Shown here: piece after piece, positions 39,978 to 51,753 of the stretch
Numbering within the stretch: position 1 is the first letter of the stretch
How the letters are laid out: each line of letters opens with the position of its first letter
Source of the DNA: Octopus sinensis
Lineage: Eukaryota
Assembly: GCF_006345805.1 (NCBI RefSeq)
Contig: NC_043019.1
Span: 30,813,360-30,877,359 of the forward strand
Length of the DNA stretch: 64,000 nt
Reading direction: 5' to 3'
Position numbers and translations under genes: made by a program
Notes under the pieces: generated by a model
The model's database searches: none
Told to the model about the DNA's origin: nothing
What the model saw: only the letters and a program-made list of their open reading frames with translations

Positions 39978-40237
39978 TTTTTAATATTTCTGTTAAGGCA
40001 GTGAGTTTGCAAAATTGTTAGCATACTAGACAAAACACTGGCATTTCGTCCATCATTACAGTTGGAGTTCGAATTCTGCTGAAGCTGGTTTCGCCTCTGA
40101 GGGTTTTCCAAGAAAAGGCATTAATTGAGGGTGAATGATTGTTTTTGCTTGGAGGAGCCCATAACTCAGCAGTATTTAAAGCTTGATTTATGCTCCTTGG
40201 AGTATCAGCAATTATTAAGTTTCAAGAAATCCTAAAT

Positions 40238-40640
40238 ACTCTTTTACTCTTTTACTCTTTTACTCTTTTACTTGTTTCAGTCATTTGACTGCGGCCATGC
40301 TGGAGCACCGCCTTTAGTCGAGCAAATCGACCCCGGGACTTATTCTTTGTAAGCCCAGTACTTATTCTATCGGTCTCTTTTGCCGAACCGCTAAGTAACG
40401 GGGATGCAAGCACACCAGCATCGGTTGTCAAGCAATGCTAGGGGCACAAACACAGACACACACACACATATATATACGACAGGCTTCTTTCAGTTTCCGT
40501 CTACCAAATCCACTCACAAGGCATTGGTCAGCCTGGGGCTATAGTAGCAGACACTTGCCCAAGATGCCACGCAGTGGGACTGAACCTGGAACCATGTGGT
40601 TGGTAAGCAAGCTACTTACCACACAGCCACTCCTGCGCCT
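40238..40640 (-). mobile_element. tRNA-derived CORE-type SINE with internal microsatellite (dominant family), near full length
   Basis: A/B-box head (gtggctgtgtggtaag..ggttcagtccc), CORE-like ccttgggcaagt and (AAAGAGT)n tail. Other copies: ~2973-3350+, 6035-6406+, 10475-10858+, 13322-13695+, 15255-15653-, 15732-16097-, 25488-25910+, 26160-26937-, 27735-28090+, 30322-30706+, 38755-39192-, 40853-41245+, 46760-47070+, 52712-53154-, 53383-53783-, 63045-63392+. Confidence 0.9.
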
Positions 40641-41944
40641 ATGGAGGAAAAAATTGTTTGAACCATGGAAAATGTTATTGATCATGGGTTGTACAGTTTG
40701 AGAGAATATGATGGATCCAAGTATTGTACCATGCCCCAGGTTAAATTTGTATTAAAATATTTATTTCAGGGAGAATTAAATAAAATAAACTAGAAATATT
40801 TATGCGGTGAGGCAGAAAGCTAGGTAAGCTAGTGTTTAAATAAGTATGATATGCAGGAGTTGGCTGTGTGGTAAGTAGCTTGCTTACCAACCACATTGTT
40901 CCGGATTCAGTCCCACTGATTAGCACCTTGGGCAAGTGTCTTCTACTATAGCTTCAGGCCGACCAAAGCCTTGTGAGTGGATTTGGTAGACGGAAACTGA
41001 AAAGAAGCCCATTGTATATATGTATATGTATATATATATGTGTGTCTATGTGTCTGTCCCCCCAACATCACTTGAAAACTGATGCTGGTGTGTTTACGTC
41101 AGCGTAACTTAGCAGTTTGGCAAAAGAAAACGATAGAATAAGTAATAGGCTTACAAAGAATAAGTCCTGGGGTCGATTTCCTTGACTAAAGGTGGGGCTC
41201 CAGCATGGCCACAGTCAAATGACTGAAACAAGTAAAAGAGTAAAAGCGTAAAAGCGCGCGCGTGTGTGTGTATGTGTGGTGGTGTGGCTAAGTGTCTTGG
41301 TATCTTAATGAAGCAGCTTGTAATGTCTAATTTGTTGGTATTTTGCATGTTAGTTGAAGTGTGCACGTGTGCATCGTGCATTGTACAAGTTCATTGGGTA
41401 AGTGGGGGAGGGCTGGCTTGGTAAACAGGGTGGAGTCATGCTGGTGTAAGAGGTAGCTTCTAATTGGATAAGATAAACTTGTGTTGATAGGAAATTTCTA
41501 CTAATCAATATACTGAGTGTGTAAAGAAAGTATGTGTGGACGAGAAAATGTTAGAGCATTTGACCTTAACAAGAGAAAAGGAAAAAGGAATTGAAAAGGA
41601 CAAGGACAAAAGAGTCTATTGTTTGAAAATTGCTGACTTTTCATAGGTCAAAACTATGGGAGAGTGGAGTGGAGATAATGTAGCAGGAATATTGATGGAG
41701 TCCCAAATATCAAACTCCACAGTAGGATTCTAGTAAGTGACAAATTCACTTAAGTGTCCAATAAAAGTATTAAGAACTTGTTTTCATTAGTTACTGGGCT
41801 GACCATCTAAAATAACAGAACCAACAAATGTTTAACCCATTAGGTCCTAATTGTGATAAACAACATATGAGATTGTCATTAACAATTTTGCTTTTGGTGC
41901 CTTTTCATTAATGGACTTTGGCTATATATAGACAGTGTGCCTGC

Positions 41945-41988
<44 letters not shown>

Positions 41989-42172
41989 TATTATCATCAT
42001 GATCATGATCATCATGATCATTGTTTAATGTCCATTTTCCATGTTGGCATGGGTTGAAAGTCTGGAGAGCCAGTGACTGCACCAGGCTCTGATTAGATCT
42101 GGCAATTCAGTATGTTACGGAGTTTAATGATTATTACAATTCGATATACATGAGCATATTTAAATATTATAC

Positions 42173-42566
42173 ATTATAAGGAGAAAATGGAGATTTTTAA
42201 CTAATAAAATTTAATTTATTAACAAATTGTCAAAATTCTCTGTTACCTGCAATCATTTCCATTCTCAGCTCATTCGATTACAAATTAATTAATTGAAAAT
42301 TATAAATTGCATCTTGAAATATTGAGTTAAGTATTTCCTCAGAGTGAGAATTAGACATAAAAAGAATTACATTATAATCGATTGGGTGGCCATCAACGGA
42401 CTCAATATGACAATAATGTGTATGCATGTTCATGTTAATTTATTAATTTATTAATTTGTAATCAAATGAGTTGAGTATGGAAATGATTGTAGGTAACAGA
42501 GAATTTTGACAAAATGTTAATAAATTGAATCTTATTAGTTAAAACTCTCTATTTTCTGCTTATAAT
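42173..42566. repeat. Old inverted-repeat module
   Basis: ~115-bp diverged arms (attataaggagaaaatggag / ctctattttctgcttataat), with (TA)n on the right. Confidence 0.65.
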
Positions 42567-42728
42567 ATATATATATATATATACCGGAGTAAACACATAA
42601 ATGTGAAACAAGGTGGAAAAAAGAGTACTCAAATACCAGTGGTAGAGCAATATGCTTTATTTAAAGCAACAGAAAATTCAACAGGATTTGTTGAATTTTC
42701 TGCTGCTTTAAATAAAGTATATATATAT

Positions 42729-43152
42729 ATATTGAGAAAAAGGAAACAGTCAGAATTTTGGATAATTCTTTATTTTGATTGTTTATCTAACTCGTCAAAA
42801 CAAAATCAGAATGGTAAAAGCAGAATGTTTCGGTGTTCATTTATATGAATCAGATGCATTTTTTTTTTGCTTTGTTTAAAAGCGGAGAAAAATATTCTTG
42901 TTTTTTTGGTGGGAAAGGGGTAAGAGAGACTGAACAGCAAAGGGGGAGGCGGTTTTCTCTCCTCTCTTTTTCCAAAAAATAAAAGCAAAAATAATTTTTT
43001 ACCCCTTTATAAACAAATGATTCACGTAAATGAACAATGACACATTCTGTTTGCCATTTTGATTTTGACTTTGTCTTGATGAGTCCAATAAACAAACAAA
43101 TGCGCTAATAAAGAATTATCCGAAATTTTGACTGCCTCCTTTTACTCAATAT
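42729..43152. repeat. Old inverted-repeat module
   Basis: Diverged arms (attgagaaaaaggaaacagtcagaattttggataattc / gaattatccgaaattttgactgcctcctttttactcaat). Confidence 0.65.
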
Positions 43153-44182
43153 ACTGCCTCCTTTTACTAAAAAACCATCTCTGGCTCTGAGTACAAATGT
43201 CTTGTTTTCATAAGTTTTGAATTGAAATCTTCCACCAAACCTTAGTCACAATTTATGTTCCGAACACTAGCTTCATGATAACTAAGTTGTTTTACTAAAT
43301 TCTTTATTATATTTATAGTAATTGTAAGAAACACAGAGCATTTCAAAATAAATACAGTAATGAAAGGGTTAAACACTCTACACACACACATATAAGGTGA
43401 GATTCTGTAAAGTTTCTGTCCACTAGATTCTACTAACAAGTTATTGAGCAGCCTTGAGGTTATAGTAAAAGCTTGCTAAAGGCATTACACCACAGAATCA
43501 AACATAAGACTACATGGTACTGAACAAAACGTCTTAACCACACAGCCATGGCTGTGCCCATAAAATACGAACAATCTTATGAATATTCTTAACTGTTTAG
43601 CATTTGCACTTTTCTATCACATTGTTTTAAATTCATCATTCATCATCTTGTAGCTTTGAGATTTTGATGATGTGGCTGTATTTTTAGAATTACATTGTTG
43701 GGTAAGTATGAAAGGCCAGATTTGTGCAAAACAACATCAATGATGGACAACAAACAATTCAGAACTTTGATCAAATCATCCTTTTCAAAATATTCAATGT
43801 AACATTTTAGAATTTTCTATGCGCCCTTTTCAAGCCTAGCCAGGCTCATGGACCCGGTTTCCTGGTTTCTGTGGCTTATGTGTTCCCCCCAGCTGGATGG
43901 GACACCAGTCCATCGCAGCTTTACTCAAGAAACAGGAAGAAAGAGTGAGGGAAAGTTGGGGTGAAAGAGTACAACAGGGGTTGCCACAACCCCCTGCAGG
44001 AGCCTCGTGGAGCTTTAGGTGTTTTCGCTCAATAAACAACACACACAACGCCTGGTCTGGGAATTGAGACCGCAATCCTCTGACCGTGAGTCTGCTGCCC
44101 TAACCACTGGGCCATTGCGCCTCCACCAATTTAACATTAAAAAAAAAAAAAAAAAAAAAAAGAAAATGAAACAATAACTTAC

Positions 44183-44227
44183 CATTATTCCAAACAGGGC
44201 AAAAATTCTTCTGTTGAATTTTCTTTT
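44183..44227 (-). CDS. Exon of ENPP-like gene: basic juxtamembrane segment and first half of the type II TM helix (KRKFNRRIFALFGIM)
   Basis: 45-nt phase 0-0 exon with a strong acceptor (gtttttttccctttattatag) and donor (ATG|gtaagt). It joins in frame to the 20573 exon to give KRKFNRR-IFALFGIMTLLCTAIGVGVGIHV, a basic cluster followed by a 23-aa hydrophobic helix. Confidence 0.7.
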
Positions 44228-45597
44228 CTATAATAAAGGGAAAAAAACAATTAAAATCACTCATATATCATGTGTCATATATATGTATGTGTTATGTGTG
44301 TGTAGGAGCAGGTATGGGTAAGTGATTGAAAAGCTTGCTTTCCAGGCACATGGTCTTGGGTTTAATCCCACAGCACCTTGGTCAAATCTTTGGTCATAAC
44401 CCTGGGCAGATCGTAATTTCGTGAGTGGATACATATATTGTTTATTATATATATGAGTGTGTGTATGTGTGTGTGCATGTGTGTGTGTGTGGGGGGGGTA
44501 CATGTGTATGTATTCTAATCCACAATGGAATCGATTACCAAAACTTCCATATGGTATGCTTGTGCAATTGTGAAGATCTCTGGACATGAAACTATTGACA
44601 ACTTTACATAGTTGTCCTTATCCCTTCCCATTGCATGAGCAAACCAGCAGGGGTCTTCTCTTTTACACACTGCATTTGATTCCTCTTATGGCCATGCATT
44701 CTCCACATTTATTATCCTTTCATAGTAGCACAGCCATGCCTCTTTTCAGAATTCCCAAATGCAAGTGCACCATTTTCCATCCACACACACACTTTTCACC
44801 CAAAACACTTTGATTCTTTCAGACACACTGTCTTGCAATCTGGAACATCTCACACAGCCGATTCCTATGCAGTAGAACATTGTTTTTTTCTGTTTGTTCC
44901 TTCTCAAGCCATGCCTGGCTCATAAGGGCCAGTTTCCCGGTTTCTTGGCGTATAGGTTCCCCACCTGGACGGGACACAGGTCCGTCGCAGGTGAGCTGCA
45001 AGATGCAGGAGGAAAGAGTGAGAGAAAGTTGTGGCGAAAGAGTCAGCAGAAGTTCGCCATTACCTTCTGCCGGAGCCGTGTGGAGCTTAGGTGTTTTCAC
45101 TCATAAACACACACATTGCCCAGTCTGAGATTCAAACCCGCGATCCCTCGACCGTGAGTCCGCTGCTCTAACCACTAGGCCATGTGCCTCTACTGTAGAA
45201 CATTGGCAAATTCCTTGCTTACCGCTTCTCTCTTCACTATTTCAAACTATTGCTTAGCTTCTCATCCAGCTACATAATTTATTTCTTTGCTACTTCCATT
45301 TTACCAATCTTTCCAAGCCTGCATCTTAGCTTTAACGATGACTGTCTATTCCTCTGTTCCCCTACCACATCATGCTTGGCCTAGTTGGAACTTGGCTCTA
45401 GCGACAGATTTCTTCCATTGCTCTCTGTAGGTTGTCCTGAAGGAATTTCCAGTTCTCCTCTTTGTCTATACATCTCTATTGCTTCCTCCTCTTTCTCATC
45501 ATCAAATACCTCAACAAGTACTTCTCAAATTTTTTTTAATATTCATTGGATCTTTAAGCCTCACATACATACATACATAGATACATGCATGAATGCA

Positions 45598-45631
<34 letters not shown>

Positions 45632-45793
45632 CATAAATACATACATACATACATGCATACATACATACATTACATTACATACATACATGCATACATACAT
45701 CCATTCAAACATACATACACACATAAAAACATACATACACACAAACATTCATGCATACATACATACATACACACACATACATACATACATACA

Positions 45794-45825
<32 letters not shown>

Positions 45826-46472
45826 CACAAACGGAGTAACATAGGCATCGCATGGACACACATGCTCAAACACACACACATATACACTCACATACACACA
45901 CTCACAGACACACACATGCCACTGTTTATACTATGAATGCCACAGAGTATTAATTAGCATCTTATGATTTTATTGTTTCTTTATCATTGTTAGTTCCTAA
46001 TTAGATGAGTAAACTAAAAGAAGAACCGAAACCAACAAGAGGAACAAAACCACCCCACCCTTGACTCCCTGCCATTCTCTCTTCCCCCACACCAGACAGC
46101 TTATCTTCATGATTTCTACCTGTATTCTATTAAAACCTAATCAACTGACTTCACTGTTTACTTACAGAATTAGGTATTCAGCACACATCTTTTTACCTTT
46201 GAGAATCACTTAAAAAGGTTGGGAAAAAAAAAGCACAAATGAGAAAACAATATTAGATCTTTAATTAGCAAGTTTATTTCAATGGCTTTAATTTATTTAA
46301 GAAAATCGCAGAACTTTGTATGCATCAGACTTTGTCTTTCACCTTCTTTTTCTTGTTTACTTCATTGGGCTGTGGCCATGCTGGGGTAGTTGATCCCAAG
46401 TTTTTTCTACTGCACTAAGTGATGGGGACATAAACACACTAACACTAGTTGTCAAACAGAAGTGGATGACAA

Positions 46473-46705
46473 AGGTGGCGAGCTAGCAGAAACGTTAGCA
46501 CACCGGGTGAAATGCTTAGCTGTATTTCGTCTGTCTTTACGTTCTGAGTTCAAATTCCGCCGAGGTCAACTTTGCCTTTCATCCTTTCAGGATCAATAAA
46601 TTAAGTACTAGTTACGCACTGGGGTCGATATAATCGACTTAATCTGTTTATCTGTCCTTGTTTGTCCCCTCTATGTTTAGCCCCTTGTGAGCAATAAAGA
46701 AATAA
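46473..46705 (+). mobile_element. SINE with Deu/Nin-like domain; copies at ~8368-8550-, 9860-10092-, 37100-37315+, 47695-47840-, 56807-57035+, 57265-57497-, 59400-59990-
   Basis: gcctttcatcctttcggggtcgataaattaagtaccag motif after a tRNA-like head. Confidence 0.8.
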
Positions 46706-47263
46706 AAAGTGGAAGGCAAAGATACACACACACACACAAGCATAGGCTGTGTGGTAAGTGTAGGCACAAGAATGGCTGTGTGGTAAATCGCTTGCTTACC
46801 AACCATATGGTTCCAGGTTCAGTCCCACCTCATGGCACCTTGGGCAAGTGTCTTCTGCTATAGCCTTGAGCCGACCAAAGCCTTGCGAGTGGATTTAGTA
46901 GACAGAAACTGAAAGAAGACTATCATATATATGTGTGTGCATGTGTGTGTGTGTGTGTGCGTGTGCGCGTGTGTGTGTATGTGTGTCTGCATGTGTGTGT
47001 AACTGCCTTTGTGTCTATTTGTCCCCCACAACTACATGACAGCTTAGCAGTTCAGCAAAAGAGGCTGACAGACTAAATAAGCAAAATAGATAGATAGATA
47101 GATAGAGAGCGACAGAGAAAGAGAGAGGGAGACAGAGAGAGATAAATAGACAGACAGACAGATATATATATATATATTATATATATATATATATATAGAT
47201 AGATAGATAGATAGATAGATAGAGAGATAGATAAATAGATAGATAGATAGATAGATAGATAGC

Positions 47264-47338
<75 letters not shown>

Positions 47339-48023
47339 ATATGACAAGCTTCTGCCGACCAAATTCTCTCAAATTATTAACCTGGAAACCAATAACCACT
47401 AGAAGCTTATAACTATGTGGTTAAAAAGTGAGCTTATTAACCACATAATGTTAAATATAAATAGGAAAGGCACTAAACAATGGCTTCAAATTTTGGCACA
47501 GGGCCAGCAGTGTTTGAAGTCAATTTCTTTGACTCCAATACTTGACTGTTACTTATTTGATCCACCCCAAAAGGAAGAAAGGCAATGCTCACAGAGGAAT
47601 TTCAGCTTAGAATGTAAAGACAAAAAAATTTTCTCCACTGGGACATTAAATGATGACGATAATGATGATGATGATATATATATATGTGTGTGTTTCTTTA
47701 TTACCCACAAGGGGCTACACACAGAGCAGACAAACAAGGACAGACAAACGAATTAAGTCAATTACATCGACCCCAGTGCGTAACTGGTACTTAATTTATC
47801 GACCCTGAAAGGATGAAAGGCAAAGTTGACCTCGGCGGAATATATATATATTTGGGCCAACAAGCTTTTTAGGTCTGATGATGCACCATCAAGCTAAACC
47901 CTTTATGGACGGGAGACCTAAGGTAATCCCATAAACCAGCCTTTCCCATTTTTGATATGTATATGTGTGTGTGTGTGTGGTGTGTGTGTGTGTGTGTGTG
48001 TATTTGTATGTGTAAAGTAACAG

Positions 48024-48086
48024 TTTAGAAAAAAACCATTGATTTCATATCTAGTGTAAACTAGACATATCTTCAGTATTTCTAAA
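48024..48086 (-). ncRNA. Type I hammerhead ribozyme motif 3' of a Penelope endonuclease relic
   Basis: UUUAGAAAUA-CUGAAGA-U-AUGUCUAG(UUUACA)CUAGAUAU-GAAA-UC(AAU)GG-UU-UUUUUCUAAA. The core is intact and stem II is 8 bp. Confidence 0.75.
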
Positions 48087-48209
48087 TGATAACTGTTCTC
48101 TGCAAAGAATGTTTTTTTTTATTTTTAATACAAGAACACTGGTGATAGTTAAAAAAATATTCCTCTTAAAAAATTATGGCCGAGCAAGTTGTCTTTCTTT
48201 GCTTGATGG

Positions 48210-48530
48210 CTAGATTTTCCAATTTTGAAGTAAAAATTTCTGAAAATGTGGATAACTCCTTATGGCTTCTTTCCTGGAGTTCAGGTAGCCTCCTGGCTCA
48301 TGTGAGTTCATAAGGATTATAAATTTTTCTGCTATTCTCAATTTACATAGGTTTCTAATAATTTCCACCTAATGTTAAAGGGTGTGTGATTGTCCTTTAA
48401 GCGCCATATGTATCCTGTGAGTGTCATTGTGTTGCATCTCTCCAGGACCCTGAAAGAAGATCTGTGGTTGTTCGGGCAAATTTTTAATTTGGATTCACAA
48501 TATCCGGCATTAATTTTAGTGTGTGTCCCT
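48210..48530 (-). pseudogene. Penelope-like element GIY-YIG endonuclease C-terminal relic
   Basis: AGYCESKLK..NNHRSSFR..TLTGYIWRLKDNHTPFNIRWKLLE, then a frameshift, then LCKLRIAEKFII..YLNSRKKAIRSYPHFQKFLL*. This resembles PLE endonuclease motifs (NH.SSF, T.LS.YIW.LK, C.LC..EK, LN.R.E...C.H..KFLL). Confidence 0.8.
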
Positions 48531-48540
48531 GTGTAACGAA

Positions 48541-49090
48541 TTTTTGCCAACTTAATGTGGCAGTCCCATTTTGGGGTAAACGCTACTGTTATTTAACCCC
48601 AGGAGACTATAATACACATGATCTGGGTTCTTATATTTTTGAACTGAGGAGGTTAGCACCCCCACCCAGCACAAAGCAGTATCTGTGGACCATATGATTT
48701 CAGGGTTATTTCCTTTTGTTGGCACAGAATAACTTTTCAGCTTAGATGGCGCTGCTAAACACCTGTTTGAAAATATATATAATTTTCTAAGTGACTCACA
48801 GTTACTGATCTATTAAAATAGAAAAATAGTTGTTCCTAAATCTCTCTAAGAGAGATATTCAGTAGCAGCACTTTAAAGTAACGATTTTTTACCAACCAAA
48901 TGCGGCAGTTCCATTTTGGGGCGAATGCTACTGTTGTTTAACCCCAGGAGACACTGTCTCCAGCTGGTTATATGACACATGATCTGTGTCCTTATATTTC
49001 CGAATAGGGGAGGTTAGCACCCCCCACCCAGCACAAAGCAGTATCCATGGACAATACGGTTTCAGGGTTATTTCCCTTTGTCGGCACAAA
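48541..49090 (+). mobile_element. Two copies of a ~190-bp short element (third, partial copy at ~51140-51283)
   Basis: ttttgccaac..gcagtcccattttgggg..gaggttagcaccccc..ttgtcggcac at ~48541-48727 and ~48886-49090, with short inverted ends. Confidence 0.7.
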
Positions 49091-49715
49091 AATGTTTTGT
49101 GTCTTGTAGAAGTATAACTAATTTATTGCACATAAATTTCAGCAACAAATTACTTATGTGGATTCCAAAGGGTCATATGGGCCTTGGTTAAGAAACACAG
49201 CTGTAGAGGAATGAGAAAAAATATATTGGGTTCTCACAAATTTGGAGTGCTTTGATGATTATAAATCTCCCGTATTAGGACTAACATTGGGCTAACCAAA
49301 ATCAATAAGAACAATAATAGAATGCAATGTTTTGCAGAGACTTATTTGGCCTGCCAGAGGAAGTCAGAGATTAAAGGTGATATATACAATGATAATTTTT
49401 CCACTTATTAAGCAATAATAGATTCAATCTTCAGAATACAAGCCTAGTTTATCAATCTATTAGTTGTCATTATAGTCCATTAACGAAGGCTGTCAAACAT
49501 ATATTGCTAGCTTCGATGATGAATTGAACATTTCACCTCGTTTTAAATAAATTACTCAGAATAAGTATTTGTTATTATTTATTGATAAATAATTTACTGC
49601 TGAAATTATATAAACGCACAACACACGCACACACACACACAATTTCATATATAAATATACATATATATATATATAAATAATAAGAAAATTTACTCTTGAT
49701 ATATATATATATATA

Positions 49716-50000
49716 TGCCAGCACCGCCTCGACTGGCTTCCGTGCCGGTGGCACATAAAATACACCAATCTGACCGTGGCCGTTGCCAGCCTCGCCTGGC
49801 ACCTGTGCAGGTGGCACGTAAAAAGCACCCACTACACTCACGGAGTGGTTGGCGTTAGGAAGGGCATCCAGCTGTAGAAACATTGCCAGATTAGACTGGA
49901 GCCTGGTGCAGCCTTCTGGCTTCCCAGAACCCCGGTCGAATCGTCCAACCCATGCTAGCATGGAGAACGGACGTTAAACGATGATGATGATGATGATGAT
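49716..50000 (+). mobile_element. SINE with Meta-like domain and RTE-type (GAT)n tail; copies at ~270-590-, 11345-11530+, 12850-13030+, 17640-17960-, 18730-19080-, 22860-23010+, 26375-26690-, 58920-59215-
   Basis: gtggttggcgttaggaagggcatccagctgtagaaa motif, repeated gtggcacgtaaaaagcacc units and tail ggacgttaaacgatgatgatg. Confidence 0.8.
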
Positions 50001-50002
50001 AT

Positions 50003-50830
50003 ATAAGAAATATTGAATTTCTAAATCTCTCGTAGAGACATGTACGGTGGTGGGGCGATAGAATGGTTGTATACTGTCAATCTAACAAGAACGTGACAGT
50101 AGGGGGTACACCACCGTTGTATAGTCCTAGGAGGCATCGAACGCCTCCAGACAGCTTCGACACATTTTTTCCTTGTGTCCTTATATACATATACGAAGGG
50201 GAGACAAACACCCCCGGCCGTCGAAACTGCATCTAGGGACACCGTGTTTCAGGATCATTGTCCTTCATCGGCCTAGAGTAGCAGACACCGGTCGGCTGGT
50301 GATATTTGCCTCGACTTCGTATCTGTATATATGTAAACTCAGTGAAGTTTATTCACTGGTTATCAAAATAAGAAATATTGAATTTCTAAATCTCTCGTAG
50401 AGACATGTACGGTGGTGGGGCGATAGAATGGTTGTATACTGTCAATCTAACAAGAACGTGACAGTAGGGGGTACACTACCGTTGTATAGCCCTAGGAGGC
50501 ATCGAACGCCTCCTGACAGCTTCGACACATTTTTTCCCTGTGTCCTTCACTGAGTATACATATATACAATTATGAAGTCGAGGCAAATATCACCAGCCGA
50601 CCGGTGTCTGCTACTCTAGGCCGATGAAGGACAATGATCCTGAAACACGGTGTCCCTAGATGCAGTTCCGACGGCCGGGGGTGTTTGTCTCCCCTTCGTA
50701 TATGCATATAAGGACACAGGGAAAAAATGTGTCGAAGCTGTCAGGAGGCGTTCGATGCCTCCTAGGGCTATACAACGTTGGTGTACCCCCTACTGTCACA
50801 TTCTTGTTAGATTGACAGTATACAACCATT

Positions 50831-50831
<1 letters not shown>
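50003..50831. mobile_element. 365-bp structured hammerhead-bearing unit: 1.5 tandem copies (- strand) plus an inverted copy (+ strand)
   Basis: ataagaaatattgaatttc recurs at 50003 and 50368. 50545-50831 is the reverse complement of 50061-50347, with CTT microhomology at the junction. (TA)n lies on the right. Confidence 0.85.
50615..50660 (+). ncRNA. Type I hammerhead motif with CCGAUGA core (identical copy on - strand at 50232-50277)
   Basis: UCUAGG-CCGAUGA-AGGA(CAAUGA)UCCU-GAAA-CACGGUG-UC-CCUAGA, with a GUC cleavage triplet. Confidence 0.8.
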
Positions 50832-50865
<34 letters not shown>

Positions 50866-50965
50866 TAAAACGGTAAGATAACAACAGAAAGAAAGAGACC
50901 TCAATATTATGTAAATAGAGGAAATTTATCTATAAAATAATATGTTACTTTACTCGATAGTCAAG

Positions 50966-51024
50966 ATAAAACTCTGAGTTTCAGATGCCGAAGTGGGAAT
51001 CCACAACGCCATCTCTTCGATGAT
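50966..51024 (-). ncRNA. Truncated or degenerate hammerhead motif
   Basis: UCGAAGA-GAUG..CAUC-U-GAAA-CUCAGAG-UU. Stem III matches the 32523 motif; stem I is disrupted. Confidence 0.4.
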
Positions 51025-51028
51025 GTAT

Positions 51029-51073
<45 letters not shown>

Positions 51074-51305
51074 TACATATATATTTATATATGTATATGT
51101 GTATATATATGTGTGTCTATATGTATATATATATAATGATTTTTTGCCAACCTAATGTGACAGTCCCATTTTGGGGTGAATGCTACTACTGTTTAGCCCC
51201 AGGAGACACTGACTCCAGCTGGTTATATGACACATGATTTGTGTCATATTTCCGAACAGGGAAGGTTAGCACCCCTACCCAGCATATTTATATATATATA
51301 TATGT

Positions 51306-51352
<47 letters not shown>

Positions 51353-51371
51353 GTGTGTGTCTATATGTATG

Positions 51372-51433
<62 letters not shown>

Positions 51434-51527
51434 CAATTAAATTAATTAATTTATCAAACAATTAATTAATAATTTTACCAAGTAGATTGGTATGTTAAAA
51501 TAACCTTGATAGGTAAAATTAGACAAG

Positions 51528-51661
51528 TATTTTATAATTATAAACATAATTATAATTAGGGTTCAGCTAATTGCATCACCACATACCGAATTTCTAAATT
51601 CGGTATGTGGTGAAGCAATTAGCTGAACCCTAATTATAATTATGTTTATAATTATAAAATA
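51528..51661. repeat. Near-perfect 134-bp palindrome next to (TA)n
   Basis: tattttataattataaacat...ccgaattt-ct-aaattcgg...attataaaata, with one internal mismatch. Confidence 0.85.
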
Positions 51662-51663
51662 GT

Positions 51664-51728
<65 letters not shown>

Positions 51729-51753
51729 TACATATATATATATCAATATATAT

